A stretch of DNA of 64,000 nt from Phoronis australis. Taxonomy: Eukaryota > Animalia > Phoronida. Position numbers and translations under genes: made by a program. The stretch lies in contig NMRA01000883.1 in assembly GCA_002633005.1 (NCBI GenBank), positions 26,157 through 90,156 of the forward strand. The letters run 5' to 3'. The notes below the pieces were generated by a model that saw nothing but the letters and a program-made list of their open reading frames with translations, did no database searches and was not told the origin of the DNA. This document shows, in pieces, positions 52,701 to 60,562 of this stretch. Numbering within the stretch: position 1 is the stretch's first letter; the number at the start of each line of letters is the position of its first letter.

Positions 52701-55700
52701 AGTTTGAACTCGAAATTTCGAGTTTATACTCAAGTTTGTAGCACGGATATAAGGATCTTCAAGGGCAAACTTGAACTAGAAACTCTTATACATAAACTAT
52801 AATGTATTCGAGCACAGTCTGATAACCAATCATCTTAAGTTCGCACAAAAGGAGCAGATAAATTGCCAAAAATAGTTTCGAGTTCGTTTCGAGTACAAAG
52901 ATTAGAGACCGGGCCCTGAACGACATTAGGTTCATCTGCTATGATGCTGTCAATATGACGAAAAACTGCATCATGACATATTGCCTTGGTCTTTGATACA
53001 AGTGGTAGCATAAAAACGAAACTGTGTTATTTAATGTGAAACCCAGTTTCACCTATCCGTCTGGTTCCTACAGCTTCAGTTGTCGCAGGGGTTTGAAGAC
53101 GATGGTGCACCGTAGCGTCTGTTCTGTTAGGACAAGCCTCTGTGGGGACTTGGAAATGGGTTGTGACAACTAATTGTATATGTAATGTTATTACCCTTTG
53201 GCATCACCAAGCAGAGGTTAATAAGGGAATTTTATATTCACGAAATACAAGACCGAAGTGTTATATTTCGAAATTTACAGTTGGTGTTTTATTTTTTAGC
53301 GTAATCGAAAGACTTTAGTGTTGATTAGCTTCAGGGTTTGGAACTTGTTGCCCCTTACGTTGTACATGTATACACATAAACGCGTGACGGTTGATAGGAC
53401 TAATTATATTATGGGATACTTTTCAGATATAGACGAATGCCAAAGCGGAAGATCCATTTGTGATTCAAACGCCACGTGTGCGAACAACATTGGTTCCTAC
53501 ACTTGTAGATGTCTGGAGGGTTTTGAGGGCAACGGAACTTTGTGTTTGGGTAAGACCACCTTTTAATTGAAAAGTATAATTACCCAAGCACAGAAAAAAC
53601 GTTGAGTTTAATTTAGTTTCTCGGTCGGTGTGACCTGCAATCTGTTTTTTGGTCGCCCCTAATAAGTCAATGATAGAAGTTTAGGTCGTTGGTTTTTGAT
53701 CGACTATTGTTTTCTTAATTGCTGTTAGAGAATATAATGACATACATGTATAAGCTGATGTTTGTACCTGGATAACCTATACGAATATACGTGAAAACAA
53801 AACTATTGACATAATTCGAATTTGCAGGCGTATTAGTAAGCAAACTCGGGTCCACCACGATCTTAGTATCTACATTGTATGCAACATGTTGAGAAACGCC
53901 AAGCTTAGTGCGTTAGAATTTAAGCGTTTTCCTGAAATTATTTACAGTAGCTTGATGGTTGCTGTTGGCTATTGACATGTGAACGCCAAAAACTGATGCT
54001 TTGTTACAGACATCGATGAATGTAGTAATGGGTCTTTCACGTGTGATTCAAATGCTACGTGCACTAATTCTATTGGTTCTTACGGCTGCACATGTCAGAT
54101 GGGCTTCAAAGGCAACGGGAGCTTCTGCGCCGGTAATAATTATTTACGTTCTCGTCATACACAATCAATAGTTCAAGGACTGTCTAGAACTAAATTTCCA
54201 AATTAAATGGCTGTAGATTTCTGCCAAAAGGCACGACACCTTCTGTGTTCTTATTATGGAGTTCTTTAATCAACCTTCAGTCTTTACATGTCTTGCTAGT
54301 GATGTTGAGACTCCCGTTCGTGGTTTTTTTGCGTGTATGTCACTGATTCTGTAGTTTTTCGCCGAAATTATTATTTATTGAGTGGTATGTAGAGCCTTCT
54401 CCCTTATTTCTGTGATCAGTTGTGCGATTCTCTTATATTTCCAGACGCCCCGGTGGCAGAATCGACGGCTGAAGAAACGGACTTATTGATGGTGATCCTG
54501 GTCGTCTCAGGCTCTTTGGTGGCGCTGTTGGTCATAGTGATTGTGATAGTTTGTTACTTGAAGAAGAGTGCAGTCACTAGGTAATTTTGACATCCGCACC
54601 GACAGCTTGAAAGTCAGTTTTGCCTATTTGTAGCAGCGGACAAGCTTTCAGGATTTTGCCGAATCCCGTTCGCTACAAAATGAAACGTCAAATTCTACGC
54701 CTTCGAAGACGAATAGAATCAGGTGTACTTTATTACAGCTATAATTTTGGTGCTCAAACTACTTCATATGCATCTCATGCACTCATTTCAACAAATTATT
54801 TCCAAACCTTTCATGATTATAGGGACAGACCATCAGTGCTGTAGTGGGGCGTAGGCGCACAAAAGCGCAGTCAACCTCCTTTTGGCATTTGAACGTAGCG
54901 CCTACGGACTGTAAGTTACGTTCAGTGCTCAAGGTGATACGGTGGGCTTTGGGCGCCTGCTTACCTCTAATTTTACCACTACAGCACTGTAGACCATACC
55001 TTGTGCCTGAAACGTCCCGGATACTGGTACACGTGACCTGGTGCTTGTCGTGTTATTCGCCTTGTCGCTCTGATATTTTGTGCGTGTCACAATGTATGAG
55101 CAGCTTCATGTTCTTCCATCCAGCGTCCGTCATTCCTTTTACCTTTCCGTCGATTGTTTCAAAAGCTGCCTTAATTGATGGACCATGATTAAATTTGGCA
55201 TGGCAATCGATTTTCGGACGGATTTCGCTACTGCAGCTACTCCTGTTGGCCGCTTTTAATCTTTGACATTGGATGTTTTTTCGTGTATCATTTACAAAAC
55301 GCCTTGACGCACTTTGCCAAAACTGAACGCGGAACATCGTGTTGGGAAACAGCGTCAGAATTTTCTTGATGGACCCGACAACTGTGCTACCTATAATTCA
55401 TTATTTAAAAAGAAATAGCTTGTTGGTAAAGTCAGTGAAATGATGCGACAACGCTTATAGCCAAAACTTAACGCTACTTATGTACAGTGTAGGTGTTTGG
55501 TGGGACTGTGCCAATATAAGTTGTTTTTTTAACGGGGCCAACTATTCTATCCCCCTCTATGATATTTTAGTTTTCGGCAATTAATTATTGTCAAAACAGC
55601 TTTAACGTCTTAAAGAAACTTGACATACACACTCGCACGCAAGCGCACACGCACACATGATAGAATTGCATCGAGAACAGATGGTCTCCGGACGGATTCT

Positions 55701-56096
55701 GTGACAAATCCTGATGGCCACTTTAATCTTTGACATCGTATTGCTTCTCCATTTTACTTTGCCAAAGCGATTGATATATCGATGGACTTTGATGGAGGGG
55801 TGTATTACATTCGTTACATTCACATGTTTGCACTGTAGTAATCGTCTCATGTTCCATTAAATGAAAACGAAGAGTAATCTGTTGTAAGTTTGTATATTTA
55901 GTTACTATCGTATCAATTAATGACAAACCGAATAATGATCGTTTCGATTATTTACTAATCAGGATTGTCAAAATGTTCTTATAATTTTCTGAACTTGTGA
56001 CTTTTTCACGGAGGTCGCTGTAAATTCCAAAGTCGTGAAAAGTTGTCACCTAATGCCATTTCTTTTAGCTATAAAGTGTCATTGGCTTCACTGTAG
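16816..56096 (+). CDS. Multi-exon VWDE-like (von Willebrand factor D and EGF domain) type I membrane protein, about 1840 aa over 37 exons; 5' end unresolved
   Basis: 36 consecutive GT-AG exons with matching phases and no internal stops from 16816 to 54580; recognisable MIB/HERC2, EGF, UMOD-like, VWD, cbEGF and TM segments. Individual exons are listed below. Confidence 0.88.
18149..18305 (+). CDS. Exon: MIB/HERC2-like domain, second half
   Basis: [43 protein letters not shown] fits DGG..GTV..VxW..YRxG..GxYDL; phases 0/1. Confidence 0.9.
19739..19852 (+). CDS. Exon: EGF-like domain
   Basis: [38 protein letters not shown], 6 Cys, phase 1-1. Confidence 0.92.
20148..20312. repeat. Degenerate (CA)n/(TG)n low-complexity tract
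   Basis: Directly visible. Confidence 0.7.
21222..21338 (+). CDS. Exon: calcium-binding EGF domain
   Basis: [39 protein letters not shown], phase 1-1. Confidence 0.95.
22786..22944 (+). CDS. Exon: start of the UMOD/GP2/OIT3-like Cys-rich domain
   Basis: DPCRHLHQL...RSANV...LCDSTLKEG, continuing as GWY in the next exon. Confidence 0.9.
22936..23251 (+). repeat. 39-bp minisatellite, 8 copies, each containing the exon's splice donor
   Basis: Unit TAAAGGAAG|GTGAGTGGAAGATGATATTAATGAAATGTC; GT at 22945, 22984, 23023, 23062, 23101, 23140, 23179 and 23218. Confidence 0.97.
24140..24259 (+). CDS. Exon: UMOD-like domain
   Basis: GWYMF...[21 protein letters not shown], phase 1-1. Confidence 0.92.
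24437..24604 (+). CDS. Exon: end of the UMOD-like (D8C-type) domain
   Basis: [16 protein letters not shown]...DCC...IKVKKC...[17 protein letters not shown]. Confidence 0.93.
25265..25327 (+). CDS. Exon: [15 protein letters not shown] linker
   Basis: 63 bp, phase 1-1, canonical splice sites. Confidence 0.88.
25796..26028 (+). CDS. Exon: region upstream of VWD (possibly Ig-like)
   Basis: Open frame [28 protein letters not shown]...GYFGKQ; phases 1/0. Confidence 0.82.
26550..26620 (-). mobile_element. tRNA-derived SINE head or tRNA pseudogene
   Basis: A box TAGCTCAGTGG and B box GGTTCGATTCC are present, but the acceptor stem does not pair. Confidence 0.65.
26952..27038 (+). CDS. Exon ([29 protein letters not shown])
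   Basis: Phase 0-0; GAG|GTAAGT donor. Confidence 0.85.
27400..27627. mobile_element. Degenerate MITE, same family as 6955-7159
   Basis: Ends CAGAGGAGGATCTA and TAGATTTGCCATTG. Confidence 0.5.
28008..28280 (+). CDS. Exon ([14 protein letters not shown]...VAVADSCG...[13 protein letters not shown])
   Basis: Open frame, phase 0-0, canonical splice sites. Confidence 0.88.
28473..28565 (+). CDS. Exon (KSHALRIL...[13 protein letters not shown])
   Basis: Phase 0-0; AAG|GTAAGT donor. Confidence 0.88.
29241..29320 (+). CDS. Exon: start of the VWD domain
   Basis: [15 protein letters not shown] matches C...GDPHxxTFDG. Confidence 0.95.
29516..29579 (+). CDS. Exon: VWD domain
   Basis: [21 protein letters not shown]; phases 2/0. 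Confidence 0.93.
29932..30432. mobile_element. Inverted-repeat element with an internal hairpin
   Basis: AATTAAATCTGGTCTTCTTGACACTACT pairs with AGTAGTGTCCAGCAGACCAGATTTAATT; a separate hairpin lies at 30331-30385. Confidence 0.7.
30758..30988 (+). CDS. Exon: VWD domain
   Basis: VHAQYKSCG...[19 protein letters not shown]...GGRRYV; phase 0-0. Confidence 0.95.
31734..32014. repeat. 34-bp minisatellite, about 8.3 copies
   Basis: Unit GATCGAGTGATGCCAGTCATCCTACTCTGGCCCA, near-identical copies. Confidence 0.97.
32598..32836 (+). CDS. Exon: end of the VWD domain
   Basis: [31 protein letters not shown]...FTESWR contains the GLCG and SW motifs. Confidence 0.95.
34290..34623 (+). CDS. Exon: post-VWD region with a CRRRR site and an acidic segment
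   Basis: Open frame; phases 2/0; CAG|GTAAGT donor. Confidence 0.9.
34658..34830. repeat. Compound (TA)n(TG)n microsatellite
   Basis: Directly visible. Confidence 0.95.
35932..36081 (+). CDS. Exon ([18 protein letters not shown]...RC...[10 protein letters not shown])
   Basis: Absent from the ORF track; phase 0-0; Cys spacing resembles the VWDE post-VWD helical region. Confidence 0.88.
36580..36766 (+). CDS. Exon ([19 protein letters not shown]...[15 protein letters not shown]), start of an EGF domain
   Basis: Phases 0/1; canonical splice sites. Confidence 0.93.
37753..37934 (+). CDS. Exon: EGF end plus following beta-rich region
   Basis: [19 protein letters not shown]...CDRKTRLC...[16 protein letters not shown]. 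Confidence 0.93.
38532..38789 (+). CDS. Exon ([14 protein letters not shown]...VHVSNDG...VFNSVCYTC)
   Basis: Phase 0-0; VSNDG motif of an IPT/TIG-like segment. Confidence 0.92.
39414..41100. mobile_element. Nested inverted-repeat elements (outer 39414-41100, inner 40196-40687)
   Basis: Outer pair ACGAGGTAAAAGCGGCAAAC/GTTTGCCGCTTTTACCTCGT is a perfect 20-bp match; inner pair AGATGGCGCTGA...TTAGCCAT/ATGGCTAA...TCAGCGCCATCT. Confidence 0.75.
41312..41657 (+). CDS. Exon: three tandem Cys repeats (CxIxGxCYxxNQxxPxxxCxxCxxxxxxxxW)
   Basis: Internal triplication visible in the translation; phases 0/1. Confidence 0.93.
42755..42877 (+). CDS. cbEGF cassette exon 1
   Basis: [41 protein letters not shown]; 123 bp; phase 1-1. 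Confidence 0.95.
43173..43295 (+). CDS. cbEGF cassette exon 2
   Basis: [41 protein letters not shown]. Confidence 0.93.
43518..43640 (+). CDS. cbEGF cassette exon 3
   Basis: [41 protein letters not shown]. Confidence 0.93.
43992..44114 (+). CDS. cbEGF cassette exon 4
   Basis: [41 protein letters not shown]. Confidence 0.93.
44645..45668. mobile_element. Possible non-autonomous DNA transposon
   Basis: Imperfect inverted ends CAAGGGCGTA/TACGCCTATG; no clear TSD. Confidence 0.4.
45750..45852 (+). pseudogene. Decayed EGF cassette exon
   Basis: [31 protein letters not shown] lacks the DIDEC start and a donor site. Confidence 0.7.
45955..46077 (+). CDS. cbEGF cassette exon 5
   Basis: [41 protein letters not shown]. 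Confidence 0.94.
46247..46366 (+). CDS. cbEGF cassette exon 6 (120 bp)
   Basis: [40 protein letters not shown]. Confidence 0.94.
46537..46665 (+). CDS. cbEGF cassette exon 7 (129 bp)
   Basis: [43 protein letters not shown]. Confidence 0.92.
46813..46935 (+). CDS. cbEGF cassette exon 8
   Basis: [41 protein letters not shown]. Confidence 0.93.
48375..48497 (+). pseudogene. Decayed EGF cassette exon (donor GT changed to AT; Cys1 and Cys3 lost)
   Basis: 123-bp open frame [41 protein letters not shown] followed by ATAATA where paralogs have GTAATA. Confidence 0.8.
48511..48791. repeat. 31-bp minisatellite, 9 copies
   Basis: Unit TTGTTATAATAACTATGTGCACCATTAC(A/C)CA. Confidence 0.97.
49061..49183 (+). 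CDS. cbEGF cassette exon 9 (atypical Cys pattern)
   Basis: [41 protein letters not shown]; splice sites intact. Confidence 0.7.
50321..50443 (+). CDS. cbEGF cassette exon 10
   Basis: [41 protein letters not shown]. Confidence 0.93.
50621..50740 (+). pseudogene. Decayed, frameshifted EGF cassette exon
   Basis: [15 protein letters not shown], then a 4-bp insertion before CSCHKG; a paralog of exon 50905. Confidence 0.75.
50905..51027 (+). CDS. cbEGF cassette exon 11
   Basis: [41 protein letters not shown]. Confidence 0.94.
52136..52218 (+). pseudogene. Truncated, decayed EGF cassette exon
   Basis: TTTCAG acceptor, [21 protein letters not shown], then SYKCN in a shifted frame. Confidence 0.75.
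52509..52918. mobile_element. Palindromic MITE (PIF/Harbinger-like ends)
   Basis: CAGGGCCCGGTCTCCAATCTTT pairs with AAAGATTAGAGACCGGGCCCTG, and imperfect arm pairing continues inward. Confidence 0.85.
53062..53108 (+). pseudogene. Fragment of an EGF cassette exon
   Basis: TGGTTCCTACAGCTTCAGTTGTCGCAGGGGTTTGAAGACGATGG aligns to the GSYxCSCRxGFEGNG exon core. Confidence 0.55.
53427..53549 (+). CDS. cbEGF cassette exon 12
   Basis: [41 protein letters not shown]. Confidence 0.94.
54010..54132 (+). CDS. cbEGF cassette exon 13
   Basis: [41 protein letters not shown]. Confidence 0.94.
54445..54580 (+). CDS. Transmembrane exon
   Basis: [45 protein letters not shown]: hydrophobic helix followed by basic residues; phases 1/2. 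Confidence 0.92.
54850..55420 (-). mobile_element. Decayed non-LTR retrotransposon (RTE-like) 3' RT fragment
   Basis: Minus-strand remnants across frames, with stops: [25 protein letters not shown] and GKIRG. Confidence 0.45.
56069..56096 (+). CDS. Putative terminal coding exon (SYKVSLASL*)
   Basis: CTAAT branch-like motif, pyrimidine tract and TAG acceptor; phase 2 fits the TM exon. Very short, so uncertain. Confidence 0.4.
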
Positions 56097-56543
56097 ACGG
56101 CGACTACTAGATATGAAGATTTCAGCATTTCTTGAACAAACCTGAATTTGACATCAGGATTATGTGTTTGAATCATCTAATGCAAGAATTCGGATCCACG
56201 TGTTTGCACCTGAATAGAGCGTTAAATGAACAAAGATTAACAAACTACATGTACATACTAGACACGTTTAACAACACTAAGTGCAGCGTTGAATATACAC
56301 ATTCACAATGTGTAATGTAGAGTGAAATCGTGTTCTTTTGTCCAAGATTGACCTAAGCTTTTGTCACTCCCTTCAATGCTGCGCCGTTCACTCCAGATTT
56401 TTGTTGCTGAAAAACTTATCATGTATTGTCCACCGAGTGTGTTTTATGGACAGCTTCAAAACCATTGTTCATTTATGTGCCTAAATGCAAGTTGACAGTT
56501 ACAGTATAATGCTTTCTGGGCTTACATATGTACATGTATTTAT

Positions 56544-56658
56544 GGGGCTGCGTAGCATAGGGGCCCCCCACTCATTTCAGTGTTGCGCCGCTCGCCCCAG
56601 TGACAGGGCGACACATCAAAGGGGCTGGGGTGCTATAGCCCTCCGTGCTGCGCCGCCC
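56544..56658. mobile_element. Short GC-rich MITE-like element
   Basis: Imperfect inverted ends GGGCTGCGTAGCA/TGCTGCGCCGCCC. Confidence 0.45.
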
Positions 56659-58965
56659 GTGTTAATTTAATTTGTATTTTTCGTACAATGATACACATTA
56701 CATACATGTATGCAAGTGGTAGTCGGCGGTAAACATGAATTTTTTTCTTCGATTTTACAGGTATGGGGGGAAATTGGAATCTACCATTGAGGATAAACGT
56801 CTGAAGTACCGGAAAACTTTGCACAATTCAGTTTCACCGTTGGCGCCACCTGTAGTCTAATCAAATAGGGCCAATTTTGAGGCGAATCGTTCACTTTTAA
56901 AAAAGTGTGGATATTTTGTCACTAGTATAATTTTTTGAACACTTTCAGGCAATCCAAAGAGCCACTTGATCTGGATCTTATTTTGGCAGCCATTTTGTAT
57001 TTAAATTTGGCGTCAATAAAATTGAATTCTATCGCATGTGGTCACTAAGTATCTTCTTAGTAAGAAACAAGGATGTCTTTTATAAAAAAGGAGTTTTTAA
57101 GTAATAAATTGCCGTTTTTGCTTGAAATTTATACATGGCTACGAGTCTGATGCTAACTCATAGACCACTGAATTCTCACATTTTAGCAAAACAATGGGAG
57201 CGTTGAAATGGTTTTTATTGCAATACCATAAGGTGCACATGATGTGTGTTCTTGTTAAGAGCTTCCAAAACATTTAAACTTTGGACATTTATGTTGTTAG
57301 AAAATTCAATCACAATATCAAGTGGAACGTAGTGGTGTTTGTTATTTATTCATTTGTTGACTACAACGGCCAAAGACTGTACCTCTGTGAATGCTAGAAT
57401 CATACACGACTACGAGACCAGCTTCAATAGGGATAGAAAAAAATGAGAATTGTGAGTTGTTTGCCGAAAAATGGCAGTTCGCCTCTTCTGAACCCCTTCA
57501 AATGTGAAATGAGTGTTGACCACAGCACGTAGGCTATGCCACAAGTCAGCTTTTCGCAGGCGGTCTATCTCGGCAACGTGAATAACAGCGAGCCAGTGGC
57601 CGAGGTCGAGTGTACATGTATCTTGAAAAAATGCGGAGACCTGTGTGATGAAGAAGCGGGACTCCTTGTCACTTGTTCGGCTGAAAATCCGCCCTGAAGG
57701 AAAGTTTCGACACATGCAAGGAACAATTTTGAAGTGCATGGATTATCAGAGCGGGTGAGAGATATAAATTAGTCGTGGGAACAAGGGAGCGCTTTGTCGA
57801 TTGACTAGGAAGTCGAGATGCATTCAATGGTGAATAATTATTCCAAGTACGAATTCTGTGGGGAGATTGAAAAATGCGACTACGACAGTTCTTCTAACTC
57901 CGTATCAACATAAAGACTGCGACAAGCCAACCAGATTGATGCTTGAGAGCCATCATGAAACTTACCAAGAAAACGGCACAATCGTCGGTGCAATATCTTC
58001 CACCCGTTAAGGCCTCGAGCTTATACTGCAACAACACCAAAACACAAAAAGAAACCAGACCAAGAGGGCAAGGTGTTACAAAGAAAAATCAGCGAATGAC
58101 GCGACATTTGATGGATTGGTATTTCGGTTGAAACGCTTATGTAGTTTGATATGAATGGGAGGGTATTGTGAGCACTAGCCTGGGATTCCATAGAGAGAAA
58201 AGGCGCTCCAATGATTGCTTTCTTGGAAGACGAGAAGTGAAATCGTATAGCTGGCAACCAGCAGGAGCGCTATTCGTAAAATAACAGGTCACGTGACCAC
58301 GTATGTGCTGACGAAACATGTTGCCAATATGAAAAATGGCGGAGACCACTGGAAGCCGCCATTACAATATCGGTTAGTACACAAAACATGATTATGTACT
58401 TTCAAAGTTTCTGAAGCAGAGAGGTAGTAGGCCAGCCGAAGTTTTAGTCACTGCATGGGAACCCTATGGTCGGTAGTCACCTAAAACACTCGTATGCATC
58501 GGTTTGTGTTAAAAGAACAACCTAATAAGACTAAGTTTGTTCGGAATAATTTTTTAAATGGTCAGCATGATCAATATGACGAGATAGCCATTCCCCTTTA
58601 TCATCAGTCAAGCCAGTGTTTGCATGCAGAGTAAAGCAACTAAACAGCGTATATACCGTCCAGACTTTGTCAGTTAACAAGGATATCACCATCGACACAT
58701 TTTGCTTTGATGTTCGCTGCTCTATTGTAATGTTAAGTAGATATTTGCTTAGGAAATGGACTCTGAGTTCAGCGCTTTACCCAATGAACTTTGATTGTTG
58801 TTGGTCAAGTTGTAGTCTCATGACTCGTGAAAACATGTTATGTCGAGACAACCAAACACAAAATCTTACGCAACATTCCACTTATCCAGACATGAACTGA
58901 GAGTGGAACGGACAAAGTGGGTAAATTGCCGACCCGTTGACGTTAACTCGCCCGTATGACTTTAA

Positions 58966-60562
58966 AGGAGAATGCCACCTGATTTAATTAGTCTTTTAAC
59001 CGCCTTAATCGGTCTATATCCACATCGCCTCTGATACGGTCGACCTCACCTTGCCTAGAGGTGTCGCGTTAACCTGTGAGGAAGGTGAGAAACGACGCAG
59101 CGATGTCAGTGGTTAGTCTGCAGAGTGAATGCCGCTAAATTGCGGTGCAGCCTTCCCGCTTGTCCGAACTATGAAGCTGCGAAGAAAGCGGGAACATCGT
59201 TTTTCGACTTCCTCGAGAGCCCGAAATGCTTAGGAAGTGGCTCGCGGTAGTGAAGAATAACAGGTACGCTGTTAATAGCAATTATGAAGCTGTGAAACAT
59301 CTCCGTGTCTGTGACCGGCATTTCGTCAACAGTGATTTCTCTGACGTTGCCTGTACATGTTTACGGCGCCTCTCTAGTATTTCTTGATCAGTGTATTCGG
59401 GTTCAAACTGATAGCCTTTTAAACCTACAGTATACGAGTCTTCGTCGGATGAGCTCTTGACTAAGTCGGAATTTGTGCCGGGCGAGTTGTCATGTAGACG
59501 TTATTATTCTGCGTTCCGTTTCAAAATCAATTACTCTCTCCCTAACCAATGCTTGTATAAAACTGAAACAAAGTATGTCTCATTAGATACAATTTGTAAT
59601 ACCTTTGCAGAATTCGTGAGTGCAAATGTTGAGAAGCCAGCAATGAATAAACCACAGCGTTACCGGCTTTTGATGCAAGGTAATTGACCGGGCACCGAGA
59701 CAGTGTGAGCGCATACTCATTCAGTGTTTGCCAATAGAAAGTTTTTGTGAAACAATTATTACTCGATTTTATATGCTATGGTTACATGATAGGGGAATCT
59801 TTATTTAGAAATGCAAATACCTTATCCAAATCATTGTTATTGTACAACCTTTGCCCTGACAGTCTGTAGAAGGGGATCCCGTCGGACTTCGACCCCCGAC
59901 AAGTAAGTAGATTTTCAGTTTTGTGGCTAATTCACATAAATAATTACGTGCACATTATTTCTTTGGTTCACTATTATAGTCTTTTCGTGACTGGAGGTTT
60001 AGTTTCCAACTAAACCTTGTTTATGTTCGTGCCAGTACCAGCAGCCGCGACGGGCCTGATCGGGTTTTTGAGCCACTGGCCGGGATAACAAGCGTTTTGT
60101 GTGTTTAGAACTAAAAAAAATCACAACTCTAAACAGCACAGATCTAGGTTCTCTTGTATGTATTCCACGGATCGAAGAATACTTCGAGTTTATCTCTGAA
60201 CAGGCCCCAAACTCCTGCTACGGACCTGGGTAAATTGGCTTGCCGAACTTTGTAGGCTACGGTGTTTCCAAATACCAATAAATCCGTAACAGAGCTAAAC
60301 AACACGTTTTTATAAGAACTCGATGTATTTCTAAGGGTTTTACATCGAAGTTTGATGATTTATTGGTGTTAAACGATGATTTCAAGCGATAAGCTGATAC
60401 CAGAAACCCGTATTGTGAACTGTTGAACAATGACGTCTTTACATAATTTCAACCTCCGTCTGCTGTCAGGTGTCAGGTAACGCAACCGAACGTGCCGTTA
60501 TCGTGTAGAACTACTCGATCTAAATTGATACAAAACAGGTTGTTTTGGGGTGGCATTCTCCT
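58966..60562 (+). mobile_element. Internally deleted Kolobok-type DNA transposon
   Basis: Perfect 14-bp TIRs AGGAGAATGCCACC/GGTGGCATTCTCCT, TTAA on both flanks, THAP remnant near the left end. Confidence 0.88.
59129..59387 (+). pseudogene. THAP zinc-finger domain remnant of the transposase, with two frameshifts
   Basis: MPLNC / CPNY...GTSFF / RLPREPEMLRKWL...LRVCDRHFVNSDF shows the C2CH, P, W and F signature of THAP. Confidence 0.85.

Noticed and set aside
56820-58500. Probable further DNA-transposon remnants
   Set aside because: I could not find matching termini, a TSD or coding motifs, so no call was made.
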